A DNA stretch of 64,000 bases, counting the filler, from an uncultured bacterium (GTDB lineage Bacteria > Auribacterota > CAZIXI01), in the NCBI GenBank assembly GCA_964543115.1. It is 5 parts of 5 records of this genome, joined end to end, with 100 filler letters (N's around TTAATTAATTAA, not from the genome) between each part and the next. Parts side by side here need not be neighbours in the genome. Positions count along the whole stretch, not along the records: positions 27,520 to 40,804 come from CAZIXI010000071.1; positions 40,905 to 53,872 come from CAZIXI010000072.1; 3 more parts are not named here. The stretch is one strand, 5' to 3'. Shown here in pieces: positions 34,222 to 42,922 of the stretch. Position 1 is the first letter of the stretch. Each line of letters begins with the position of its first letter. The translations under genes were made by a program, and so were the position numbers. The notes under the pieces are model-generated. The model did not search any database and was not told the DNA's origin. It saw only the letters and a program-made list of their open reading frames with translations.

Positions 34222-34665
34222 ATGGCAGAAAGACCGTTTGAAATAATTGAGCATACAGCAGATATTGGTCTCAGAATTTTTGCTGCTACCCTGCCGGATC
34301 TGTTTATTAATGCCGTCCACGGTCTTTTTCATCTTATTGCCCCGCAGTTAACGATTTGCGATCAGCCGCTGCCTTTTCCGCCTCCGCCCCGACTTAAAAA
34401 AATAGAATTATCGGCGCCTACTCAGGAAGAACTGCTTGTCTATTGGTTAAACGAATTCATTTTTTATTTTTTTACTAAGGACCTGTTCCCGGCAGCGATG
34501 AAAATAGCTGAATTAGCGGATGATTTTCTTTTAGCGGAAATAGATTTCAAGAAACGCTCCCGGGCCTGTCCGGTTGCTATGGAGATTAAGGCGGCAACGT
34601 ATCATGGGCTTTCTATCAGCAGGAAGTCCGGCAGTTACCGGGCTGAGGTAATATTGGATGTTTAA
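34222..34665 (+). CDS. Archease
   Basis: FEIIEHTADIG, EIKAATYH, C-terminal VILDV; directly upstream of rtcB. Confidence 0.93.
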   Translation: MAERPFEIIEHTADIGLRIFAATLPDLFINAVHGLFHLIAPQLTICDQPLPFPPPPRLKKIELSAPTQEELLVYWLNEFIFYFFTKDLFPAAMKIAELADDFLLAEIDFKKRSRACPVAMEIKAATYHGLSISRKSGSYRAEVILDV

Positions 34666-34667
34666 AT

Positions 34668-36128
34668 ATGTCTATCACGGAAAAATTTCAAATACAAAAA
34701 ATTGATAATTACCGCTGGCAGATTCCCAAAGGTTACAAACAGGGGATGCGGGTCCCGGGCCTTATTTATGCTGACGAAAAGATGCTGCCCCAGATCCTCT
34801 CAGATAACGCGCCGGAACAAGTAGCCAATGTGGCTTTTTTACCGGGGATTGTTAACTATTCTCTGGCCATGCCGGATATCCATTGGGGGTACGGAGCGCC
34901 GATCGGTGGTGTTGCTGCCACTGACCCGGAATCTGGCGGTGTAGTTACTCCAGGTTTGATAGGCTATGACATAAATTGCGGGGTCAGATTAATCAGGTCT
35001 AATTTGACCCTGCCCGATGTTCGGCCGAAAATAGACAAATTGATCCAGGCCTTATTTAATAATGTGCCTTGTGGAGTGGGGAAAAGCGGGCGGATAAGAT
35101 TAAGCAGGGGACAGTTAGAGCAATTAGTAAAAAAAGGGTCTCGCTGGGCGGTAGAAAATGGTTATGGTGAGGCAGAAGATCTTGAGTATACTGAGCAGAG
35201 AGGATGCCTGACAGATGCTGATCCTTCAACATTAAGTCCCCGGGCGCTGGAACGGGGACTGCCGCAGGCCGGGACATTAGGCAGCGGTAATCATTTTACT
35301 GAAGTGCAGTTGGTAGAAGAAGTATACGATGCCGCTGTTGCTCAAGTTTTTGGTGTTTTTAAAGGGCAGATTACCTTGATGATTCATTCCGGTTCCCGCG
35401 GTTTTGGTTATCAGGTCTGTGACGATAGCCTGCGTTATTTAAGCGGGATTCCCAAAAGGTACGGAATAAACTTACCGGACCGGCAGCTTGTTTGCGCGCC
35501 GCTGGGCAGCCCTGAAGGAGAACGTTATCTTGCCGAAATGAGTTGTGCCGCCAACTATGCCTGGAACAACCGGCAATGCCTCATGCATCTGGCGAGGATG
35601 ACGTTTGAAAAGGTGTTGGGCAGAGGCCCGAATGATTTAGGGATGAGGCTGGTGTATGATGTTGCCCATAATATCGGTAAATTTGAAGAATATGAAATAA
35701 ACGGCAAAAGAAAGAGATTATTTGTTCACCGGAAAGGGGCCACCCGGGCCTTTCCAAAGGGGCATCCGGTACTGCCGAAAAATTATCAGCGAGTTGGCCA
35801 GCCGGTGATTATCCCCGGGGATATGGGCACTAATTCCTATGTTTTGGTGGGTACCCAATTAGCCCTGGAACAGACCTTTGGTTCTGTTTGTCATGGCGCC
35901 GGCCGGATGATGAGCCGCTCAAAGGCCTCACGTCAGTTGGATTATGGTAAGGTGCAAAATGAACTTAAACAAAAAGGGATTGTTGTTATCTCGCGAGATA
36001 GGAAAGGCTTTCTGGAAGAGGCGCCGGCGGCCTACAAAAACGTTAATGATGTTGTTAATGTTGTGCATAATGCCGGACTGGCCAGGAAGGTGGCCCGCAT
36101 GCGGCCGTTGGGTGTGATAAAAGGGTAA
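34668..36128 (+). CDS. rtcB: RNA ligase RtcB
   Basis: MPDIHWGYG, GYDINCG, GTLGSGNHF, HSGSRG, YDVAHN, HRKGATRAF, HGAGR, EEAPAAYK. Confidence 0.98.
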   Translation: MSITEKFQIQKIDNYRWQIPKGYKQGMRVPGLIYADEKMLPQILSDNAPEQVANVAFLPGIVNYSLAMPDIHWGYGAPIGGVAATDPESGGVVTPGLIGYDINCGVRLIRSNLTLPDVRPKIDKLIQALFNNVPCGVGKSGRIRLSRGQLEQLVKKGSRWAVENGYGEAEDLEYTEQRGCLTDADPSTLSPRALERGLPQAGTLGSGNHFTEVQLVEEVYDAAVAQVFGVFKGQITLMIHSGSRGFGYQVCDDSLRYLSGIPKRYGINLPDRQLVCAPLGSPEGERYLAEMSCAANYAWNNRQCLMHLARMTFEKVLGRGPNDLGMRLVYDVAHNIGKFEEYEINGKRKRLFVHRKGATRAFPKGHPVLPKNYQRVGQPVIIPGDMGTNSYVLVGTQLALEQTFGSVCHGAGRMMSRSKASRQLDYGKVQNELKQKGIVVISRDRKGFLEEAPAAYKNVNDVVNVVHNAGLARKVARMRPLGVIKG

Positions 36129-36136
36129 GGACATTT

Positions 36137-36262
36137 GTTAGCTTGTAGCTTATTAGCTTGTAGTAATAATCGTAATAATTTGCTTTTTATTTTCCAATAA
36201 AACCTACAACCTACAAACTAATAAGCTAAGAAGCTAAGAAGCTAAGAAGCTACAAGCTAAAG
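36137..36262. repeat. Intergenic 7-8-mer tandem repeats with inverted counterpart
   Basis: TAGCTTG-TAGCTTAT-TAGCTTG, then AAGCTAAG x3 and AAGCTAC-AAGCTAA, ending at the serS RBS. Confidence 0.75.
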
Positions 36263-36269
36263 AGGTGTT

Positions 36270-37538
36270 ATGCTGGATTTAAAATTTATCAGGGAAAACG
36301 CGGAGTTAGTGAAACAGGCGGTTAAGGACCGGAACACAACCTGTGATATTGATAAGCTCTTGTCATTGGATAATGACCGGCGCAATATCCTCCAGCAGGT
36401 AGAAATACTTAAGCATGAACGCAATAAAATTTCCAAAGAAATCGGCAGAATGAAATCAAAGGGCGAGGCTATCGGCGATAAAAAAGAATATATGCGCAGT
36501 GTAAACCAGCGTATCCGGGAATTTGACGACAAGCTGGAAAAAGTAAATCAGGCGTTAAGTGTCATCATTTATACCGTGCCCAATATTCCCGATAAAACTA
36601 CTCCCGTGGGCGCGGATCCCAGCGCTAACCAGGTGGTCAGGGAATGGGGAGAAAAAAAGAAATTTGATTTTAAACCGTTACCGCATTGGGATATCGCCGA
36701 GAACCTTAAATTGCTTGATCTTAAACGGGCGCGGAAGATTGCCGGCAGCGGTTTCTCGCTGGCCACCGGCCCGGGCGCGCGCCTGGAACGGGCAATGATA
36801 AATTTCATGCTGGATCTGCACACAAAAGAGCACGGTTATCTGGAGGTGCTGCCGCCCTATCTGGCCAGCCGCAAGTGCATGACCGGTACCGGCCAGCTGC
36901 CCAAACTGGAAGAAGACATGTATCTGGTAGAAAAGGATGATTTGTTTTTGGTGCCCACGGCCGAGGTGCCGGTAACAAATATTCACCGGGAAGAGATCTT
37001 GAATGAAAAGATGCTGCCGATAAAATACGCCGCCTTCAGTGCCTGTTTCCGGCGCGAGGCCGGGTCATACGGCAAAGACACCAGGGGAATTATCCGTATC
37101 CATCAGTTTAACAAGGTAGAACTAGTTAAATTTGTCCAACCAGACTCTTCCGCGGAAGAACTGGAGTCACTGACCGCCAATGCCGAAAAGGTATTTCAGC
37201 TCTTAGGCTTACCGTATCGGGTATTGGCCCTTTGTACGGGAGATATAAGTTTTGCGGCAGCCAAATGCTATGATATTGAAGTCTGGGCGCCGGGGCAGGG
37301 CAAGTACCTGGAATGTTCCAGCTGTTCTACCTTCGGGGATTTCCAGGCCCGCCGGGCCGGGATCCGTTATAAAACAAAGGAAGGAAAGGCCCAATACGTG
37401 CACACGCTTAATGGTTCCGGGGTAGCGCTGCCGCGGGCATTTGTTTGCCTGCTGGAACATTATCAGCAGGCAGACGGCAGTGTTATTATCCCGGAAGTTT
37501 TGCGGCCGTATATGGATGGGTTAGAGAAGATCACGTAA
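36270..37538 (+). CDS. serS: Seryl-tRNA synthetase
   Basis: [46 protein letters not shown]. Confidence 0.99.
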   Translation: MLDLKFIRENAELVKQAVKDRNTTCDIDKLLSLDNDRRNILQQVEILKHERNKISKEIGRMKSKGEAIGDKKEYMRSVNQRIREFDDKLEKVNQALSVIIYTVPNIPDKTTPVGADPSANQVVREWGEKKKFDFKPLPHWDIAENLKLLDLKRARKIAGSGFSLATGPGARLERAMINFMLDLHTKEHGYLEVLPPYLASRKCMTGTGQLPKLEEDMYLVEKDDLFLVPTAEVPVTNIHREEILNEKMLPIKYAAFSACFRREAGSYGKDTRGIIRIHQFNKVELVKFVQPDSSAEELESLTANAEKVFQLLGLPYRVLALCTGDISFAAAKCYDIEVWAPGQGKYLECSSCSTFGDFQARRAGIRYKTKEGKAQYVHTLNGSGVALPRAFVCLLEHYQQADGSVIIPEVLRPYMDGLEKIT

Positions 37539-37553
37539 TTTTAATTTCTATCA

Positions 37554-37639
37554 GGAGGGCTAGTCTAATTGGCAAGGCACCTGACTTGAAATCAGGCGTC
37601 CCGCTTGCGGGATTGGGGGTTCAAGTCCCTCGCCCTCCG
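37554..37639 (+). tRNA. tRNA-Ser(TGA)
   Basis: Acceptor stem GGAGGGC/GCCCTCC, anticodon arm CCTGA-CTTGAAA-TCAGG, long variable arm CCCGC-TT-GCGGG, T loop TTCAAGT, discriminator G; CCA not encoded. Confidence 0.95.
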
Positions 37640-37657
37640 CAATTTTAAATATTGAGA

Positions 37658-37742
37658 AGAAAAGGGGTCACACCTATTTATTTCTACATTTATCCAAAAA
37701 GACTATTTTCTCTTTGAAATAAATAGGTGTGACCCCTTTTCT
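37658..37742. repeat. Perfect 27-bp inverted repeat (REP/MITE-like) just 3' of tRNA-Ser
   Basis: AGAAAAGGGGTCACACCTATTTATTTC (37658-37684) and its exact reverse complement (37716-37742), with a 31-nt spacer. Confidence 0.85.
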
Positions 37743-37769
37743 CCTTTTCTCCCTCTTTTCTTCCTTTTC

Positions 37770-38522
37770 TTATTTCTTTTGCATAATAAAAAACTCATAA
37801 CCATAATAATCGGAATATTTTTTGTAAACATCTATTTCAAAATCATTTGTCTGGAAAAAATCTAGGGCAGTTTTATTATCTTTGTATTTTTCTTTTAGAG
37901 GTGCCAAAATCTTTTCCATGGGATAATAGAAATTGTTTAACCAGGCAGATTTGGGCAGGGTGAAATGACTAAGTAGCTGGAAACCTGCTTTTTTAACATC
38001 AACCAGTTTGTTGTCGATTGAGGAAATGGTTGAGTATTCGCCCTCCCAGAGCTTTTTAACTGGCGCGGGAATATCCGGTTTTAAATAAACGGCCTCTGAA
38101 ACAGCTGCATATCCGCTCCTTTTTAGCAGTTGATAACATTTTCTCAATCCTTCCGCAAATCCCATAAAATATAATGCTCCCTCTGACCAGATGAGGTCAA
38201 AGGTGTTATCCTGAAAATCCATTTCTAACATAGATTGGCACTTAGTGCTGATATGGTCATTTACGCCGGCCGCCTGGGCCTGCTTGGCCAATATATTCAA
38301 GAATGGCTGATGATTATCCAAAGCTATTATTTTCCCCTTAGTAAGACGGGCCAGTTCTATTGTTGGTGTCCCGTTCCCGCAGCCGATATCAAGGATGTAG
38401 GGCTTTTCCGGCAGGGCGGTGCAGAGAGAAAATGCCCGCCGGGTAGATTCAGCGGCCCCCGGACCGCACCGCGGCATAAGTTCAAAAAGCTCGTAAAGAT
38501 ATTTCATTTCATCCATTGTCAT
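37770..38522 (-). CDS. Class I SAM-dependent methyltransferase
   Basis: ILDIGCGNG, ALDNH, FDLIWSEGA. Confidence 0.9.
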   Translation of the reverse strand: MTMDEMKYLYELFELMPRCGPGAAESTRRAFSLCTALPEKPYILDIGCGNGTPTIELARLTKGKIIALDNHQPFLNILAKQAQAAGVNDHISTKCQSMLEMDFQDNTFDLIWSEGALYFMGFAEGLRKCYQLLKRSGYAAVSEAVYLKPDIPAPVKKLWEGEYSTISSIDNKLVDVKKAGFQLLSHFTLPKSAWLNNFYYPMEKILAPLKEKYKDNKTALDFFQTNDFEIDVYKKYSDYYGYEFFIMQKK

Positions 38523-38624
38523 AGTATAGATTTTATAATTACAACTATATTATCATAAAAAATGCTTTTTCCGAAATCTTTCTTTTTTTGCAGGCTTTCG
38601 ATAATTGGAGAAGATGTGTAATGA

Positions 38625-38702
38625 TGCTAACATAGAAATCAGCGACCTGTGACACGCGTGTTTTTTCGCGTGGCACAGGTTCGCTGCATTGATTTGATAG
38701 AT
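38625..38702 (-). mobile_element. Integron attC-like site (78 bp), 3' of the PGK-like cassette
   Basis: Minus strand reads ATCTATC-aaatcaa-TGCAGCGA-acctgtgccacgcg...cacgcgtgtcacagg-TCGCTGA-tttctat-GTTAGCA. R'' has one mismatch to RYYYAAC, and L'' carries an extra base. Confidence 0.65.
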
Positions 38703-38730
38703 GTTTTTTTCATTAATAAACATTCCTTTG

Positions 38731-40209
38731 CTACAAACTTGTAGTCAAGTCGAGATTTGCCCCTCTTTCATTCACTAATTCTTTGTTTCTCATCATCATG
38801 GCATTAGCAATAACTAATTTTTTTAGCCCTATAGCAACATAATGTAAAGGAACACCTCCTCCAGAAAATGTTTTAATTCTTTCACTATATAATTTTCCTG
38901 GCAAATCTCTTAGTATTTCTTTAGAGAATTCTCTGAAATTTGCAGGGCCATCACCACCAATTAGATATATGGAAGTACCATTTTTTACCTTTTCTGCAAT
39001 AGATTCAACTATTCGTTTAGTTGTATCAATATATCCTTGTTCCCTCCAGCTTACAATTCCATTAAAGAGTACCCTCTCACCAGGTTCTAGTTTATTAATA
39101 AATTCTTCGATAAACCATTTACATGACTCTTCAGAAATATCAGCATAACCTTGTGTTTGCGCTCCATCAACAGTAATTGGTAATAATTCAACATCAGGAA
39201 TAGCTATATTATAGCAATCCGGTGAAGCTTTATCTCCAGGATACAAAATATTTACATTCTCTAGCTTACTGATTTCTTCATCGAAAAACATTTTCCCTCT
39301 TGCATCATATTTTAAAAAAGCTGTAACTGCACTCCCCAGAATAATTGTTCCTCCAAGATTCATTGTTTCAAACAGTTTTGTAAGTGTTTCAGATTTATCT
39401 AGTTTGTTCCCAGCAAAATGAATTAGTTTTATTTCTTTAATATCTTCCATATCCTTTAATTCTGGAACTATCGATGGAGCCCAAACAACTTGTTTAAACA
39501 ATTTTAGAAATGTTTGATGCATACTTGGTCCTTTTGATGCAATATCTCCAAATGCTCCACACATGAATGTAGAAATATCTTTACCTGCAAAAATTCTGCA
39601 AAAATACTCAGCAAAAGAATCTTTTGCAAAATCATCATGTACTCTTATATTATTTAATACATTTGCTTTACCTTTTATAAACACTGCCATTTGGGGATCG
39701 ATTCCTTTTTCTGTTATTACCCCATCACAATAATGCAACTCTTCTCCGTATTTTTCCTGTAAAATCTTAGCTAATTCAGCTAAAACGATTTTTCCGTCTG
39801 TTGAGTCGAAGTCAATAAGATCGCCTTTAGTTTTACGCCCATTATGCCCCCAAATAACTGGAGTTCCGCCATTTTTCAAAACCCAGTTAATATCTTCTGC
39901 GGTTTTTTCTAACCTCGTTCTATCAAGAACCTTACCATGCTCAATTTTAACATTGTAATTTTCACGCATTGCAACTATCTTGCCTCTAATATCTTTTTTA
40001 GGGACAGAAAGGTACGTAGGTGTGCCAAGAATTGTTTCTTGAACTTTATCCTTTGGTTCTTCCGCTTTAGTTGATAAATCGGAACTGCTATGCCCAGTTC
40101 GAGAAGATTCTTGATTTACCATTCCGCTTGAAGGGGAAAGAGCATAAGAACTTTCCGACAATAATAAACAAAAAATAAATGTGTATATTGTTATTCTGAT
40201 TGCTTTCAT
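38731..40209 (-). CDS. Divergent full-length phosphoglycerate-kinase-fold protein with N-terminal signal peptide
   Basis: Likely start is ATG 40209 (MKAIRITIYTFIFCLLLSESSYA-LSPSS). Collinear PGK motifs: MRENYNV~MRVDFNV, GHNGR~SHLGR, NNIRVH~ENLRFH, GAFG~DAFG, GNKLDK~GAKVSDK, FNG~WNG, GGDG~GGDT, SGGG~TGGG. Confidence 0.8.
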   Translation of the reverse strand: MKAIRITIYTFIFCLLLSESSYALSPSSGMVNQESSRTGHSSSDLSTKAEEPKDKVQETILGTPTYLSVPKKDIRGKIVAMRENYNVKIEHGKVLDRTRLEKTAEDINWVLKNGGTPVIWGHNGRKTKGDLIDFDSTDGKIVLAELAKILQEKYGEELHYCDGVITEKGIDPQMAVFIKGKANVLNNIRVHDDFAKDSFAEYFCRIFAGKDISTFMCGAFGDIASKGPSMHQTFLKLFKQVVWAPSIVPELKDMEDIKEIKLIHFAGNKLDKSETLTKLFETMNLGGTIILGSAVTAFLKYDARGKMFFDEEISKLENVNILYPGDKASPDCYNIAIPDVELLPITVDGAQTQGYADISEESCKWFIEEFINKLEPGERVLFNGIVSWREQGYIDTTKRIVESIAEKVKNGTSIYLIGGDGPANFREFSKEILRDLPGKLYSERIKTFSGGGVPLHYVAIGLKKLVIANAMMMRNKELVNERGANLDLTTSL

Positions 40210-40221
40210 ATTATTATTTCC

Positions 40222-40280
40222 ATCTAACATTTAAGCTCAGCGATGGCGTCCCCGCCATTCGCTGAAGCGCCTGGTTAGAT
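40222..40280 (-). mobile_element. Integron attC site (59-base element)
   Basis: Minus strand reads ATCTAAC-caggc-GCTTCAGCG-aatggcggggacgccat-CGCTGAGC-ttaaat-GTTAGAT: perfect RYYYAAC and GTTRRRY, one extra base in L'', 59 bp long. Confidence 0.82.
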
Positions 40281-40351
40281 GTTTATTTATTTTATATTAT
40301 CTGTTCTTTTGTGCTGTTGTTCCAATTTGCTCTTCTATATGTGCTATTCTC

Positions 40352-40804
40352 CTATACAGCAGTTAATTCAGGTGCCTCTTGAGGTTTCTTTTTTAAAAAA
40401 TGAACAAAAACCCGTGAATGTTTGCCAAACTCACCCTCAACACTAACAACCCTAACTGTATTAAAACCATATCTTTGTGCCTGTTTCCCGGTCCAGGTTT
40501 CTAAGGCAGCATTTTCATGGGAAAATCCTTTCCGGATGCATTTATTAAAAATAACTAAATTGCTTTCTTTCCCTTCTCCTGAACGCCAGTCACCAACGAT
40601 ATTTGTGATTTCAAAATTTGAAAAATATTGCATCATTCTATCAAAAAGTTCTCTACCGCTAAGGTTTTTTGATTTTTCCAGTACAGTACCTTCCAGATCA
40701 GTGATTCTTGTAATAATTGTAACAAAGATAGCTTTAACAGATTTGGTATATACAGCACTTATGAAAAACCTATCATCATCCGGGTCAACTAACTTAAATA
40801 TAGT
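40352..40804 (-). CDS. C-terminal fragment of a larger protein; resembles polymorphic-toxin C-terminal domains; 5' truncated
   Basis: Frame is open to the contig end (150 aa). LSGRELFDRMMQYF...I.GDW...NL..FN...G.S.E.AA..TWTG..A.RYGF..V is a pattern I recall from Rhs-type toxin tips; not verified by search. Confidence 0.55.
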   Translation of the reverse strand, partial: TIFKLVDPDDDRFFISAVYTKSVKAIFVTIITRITDLEGTVLEKSKNLSGRELFDRMMQYFSNFEITNIVGDWRSGEGKESNLVIFNKCIRKGFSHENAALETWTGKQAQRYGFNTVRVVSVEGEFGKHSRVFVHFLKKKPQEAPELTAV

Positions 40805-40904
40805 NNNNNNNNNNNNNNNNNNNNNNNNNNNNNNNNNNNNNNNNNNNNTTAATTAATTAANNNNNNNNNNNNNNNNNNNNNNNNNNNNNNNNNNNNNNNN
40901 NNNN
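40805..40904. other. Artificial contig-joining linker
   Basis: N-run + TTAATTAATTAA + N-run. Confidence 0.97.
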
Positions 40905-42654
40905 ATACATCTGGTTTACTACGGGCAAAGTCGACAATCTGACTTTGGTATTCTTCCTTCAGTACCTCATCATTAAAAAGTTCCCGCACGCCTTGGCTAA
41001 AGAGTTCCGGCTGCTCCCGGTAGGATTCCAGTGTATGTAGCATGCTCACAGGGGAAGCGCTGAGGGCATCGTCAAGCGGCTTTGTTAAGGTAATTTCAGG
41101 AAGGTCCAGGAGTGCTGGTGATTTTCTCATCCGATATAGCTCCTGGGTTACATGGCGTTCTTTAGTAATTCTCCTCCCTTGTTGGGTTTGTGCGATAAAT
41201 TCCAAAAATCCCCTGAGGGGTGGTAGTTTGTGGGTCCAGCGTGAGGCATCACAGTAGCAGGGGTCCATCCCCGCGGTATAAATACGATCTCCCGCATGAG
41301 GATAGCGGCCGCGTATTTTGGGAAATAAGCTGACTAAGTTTCCCTGAGAATCGGTGTAGTGATATTCAGCCCCGGGAAACAATAACTTTTCCGGAACATA
41401 GATATCTTTTCGTTTAACACCATAGCGGTGTACTCCACCATAGTTAGTTGGCTGAATTTTTCCTATCCAAGAGACATATCCCTGAGAATTAGCGCTAGTC
41501 CTGGCGATATTTAATGTATAAAGAATTTCCCTGTTCCGCGAAATAAAAATGAAAGAATTAATTTTTCCGTAAAGCGGTGTTTCTGCCGGATAATTCAGCA
41601 CCAATCCCTTGTCAAAATCAGGCGCGGAAGCCGGATCATTGAATTCAAAACTTGCCGGGTCATTAGGATCCCTGAATTCGCCCAATGTGGCTCGGCGGTC
41701 GTTTTTAAGAATCTTTAGCTTTTCAAACCAGAATGTTTCTGATTCAATGTGAACATTATTTCCATTAATTTCCAGTTTGTGAGAAGGGCTCAAGATGTGA
41801 TAAAAATAGGGACCGGCCTCCAGCATCGTAGGCGCATCACGATATTCCTTTAATTCCGCGAAAATAGTATTCAATAGTGGATCAAGCTCTATTGGGTAAT
41901 CAGCGGTGTATTCGCCGCTGGGGTTGTCCTGAAGATGATAAGATTTTCGCGGTTTACCAATCCAGGTCTTTGGTTCTTCTGGCAGCCTGTCTGTGGCCAC
42001 CCGCCAGGAAGGTCCTTCAGAATTGCTCCGGTAGATGCTTCTGACATAAACTACCTCAGTATTCAGAGTCGGATCAAATCTTCTGACATAAGCTACAAAT
42101 GCCGGCCGTGGTGTCTCTCCTGCTAGTATCTGTTGAATTGTTCTACTTTTATGCCGAATATAGTAGGGAAGAGAAAAATAATAAACAGCATCACCAAAAC
42201 GAGCTTTCAAGCCGCATGGTGGTAACAGCTGAAGGAGCTCACGCTTGCATTGAGTAGTAGCCAATGATGGAGATTCTTGATTGGGATGCAGGGAAAGATA
42301 CATATTGTTTTCATTGATAAATGCTATTTCTTGCGGCCCGGCGATTTCTAAGTTAGGAATGATGCTGTTTTGATCCAGATCAGTGCATTGGTTAATTAAA
42401 TCTCTGAACAATTGTTGTGCTTGGTTGTAATTGTATGCCGGCATACAGGGATTTGGTTGGTGGGCCGGTTGTGGTGCGGACGGGAAGGGAATTGTTGTTT
42501 GCCTCTTTTGTTGGCGGCCGGAAAATGGTGTTTTTGGCGCTAGACAATGAGTTTGAGGTAGCGCTTGTTGGTTTAGACAAAACAAAATAGAAATGCAAAT
42601 ATATATCAAGACAGAAAAAGATTTTTGCCCCTTTACCCTTGTCGAGTTCTTCAT
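40905..42654 (-). CDS. Signal-peptide/LAP-motif protein of unknown function; 3' truncated
   Basis: MKNSTRVKGQKSFSVLIYICISILFCLNQQA...LAPKT; frame open into the gap; no confidently named domain. Confidence 0.75.
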
Positions 42655-42659
42655 ATTAA

Positions 42660-42688
42660 AATATAGCTGATGACTCTCCCTTTGTCAA
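42660..42688 (-). promoter_or_regulatory. Putative sigma70 promoter giving a probably leaderless transcript
   Basis: TTGACA - 17 nt - TATATT, with only 5 nt before ATG 42654. Confidence 0.55.
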
Positions 42689-42922
42689 TGGCTGGACAAT
42701 ATAATCATATTTTTATGATGATTAGTTAATATATAATTATAATATTATTGTTAAATAAACATAAATCCCCATCGTTAATCTCTGCTTTGCAAAGACTTGT
42801 CCAATATGCTGTTTTTGGCATAAATATTGCATATCTTATAGCAATAAACTGTGCCTTGACAAATACAGTCTGCGGCGCCAATTATTTTACCATCAGGTAA
42901 TTCTATCCATAAAAAGAAACAA

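Noticed and set aside
30915..36262. CRISPR array
   Set aside because: The repeats are 7-8-mers without unique spacers. No repeat-spacer array or cas gene is seen anywhere in the window.
36128..36270. Y RNA or RtcR-type regulatory element next to rtcB
   Set aside because: The region is fully explained by short tandem repeats; there are no tRNA-like features or sigma54 boxes.
37554..37639. Selenocysteine tRNA
   Set aside because: The anticodon is TGA (Ser), not TCA, and the acceptor stem is a normal 7 bp.
37770..38522. Methyltransferase as a third integron cassette
   Set aside because: No attC follows it, and it starts about 100 nt after the GTTAGCA core with its own AT-rich promoter-like region.
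37640..40804. Complete integron or prophage at tRNA-Ser
   Set aside because: There is no tyrosine recombinase, attI or phage gene on this contig and no visible duplicate of the tRNA 3' end. Only the attC sites are supported.
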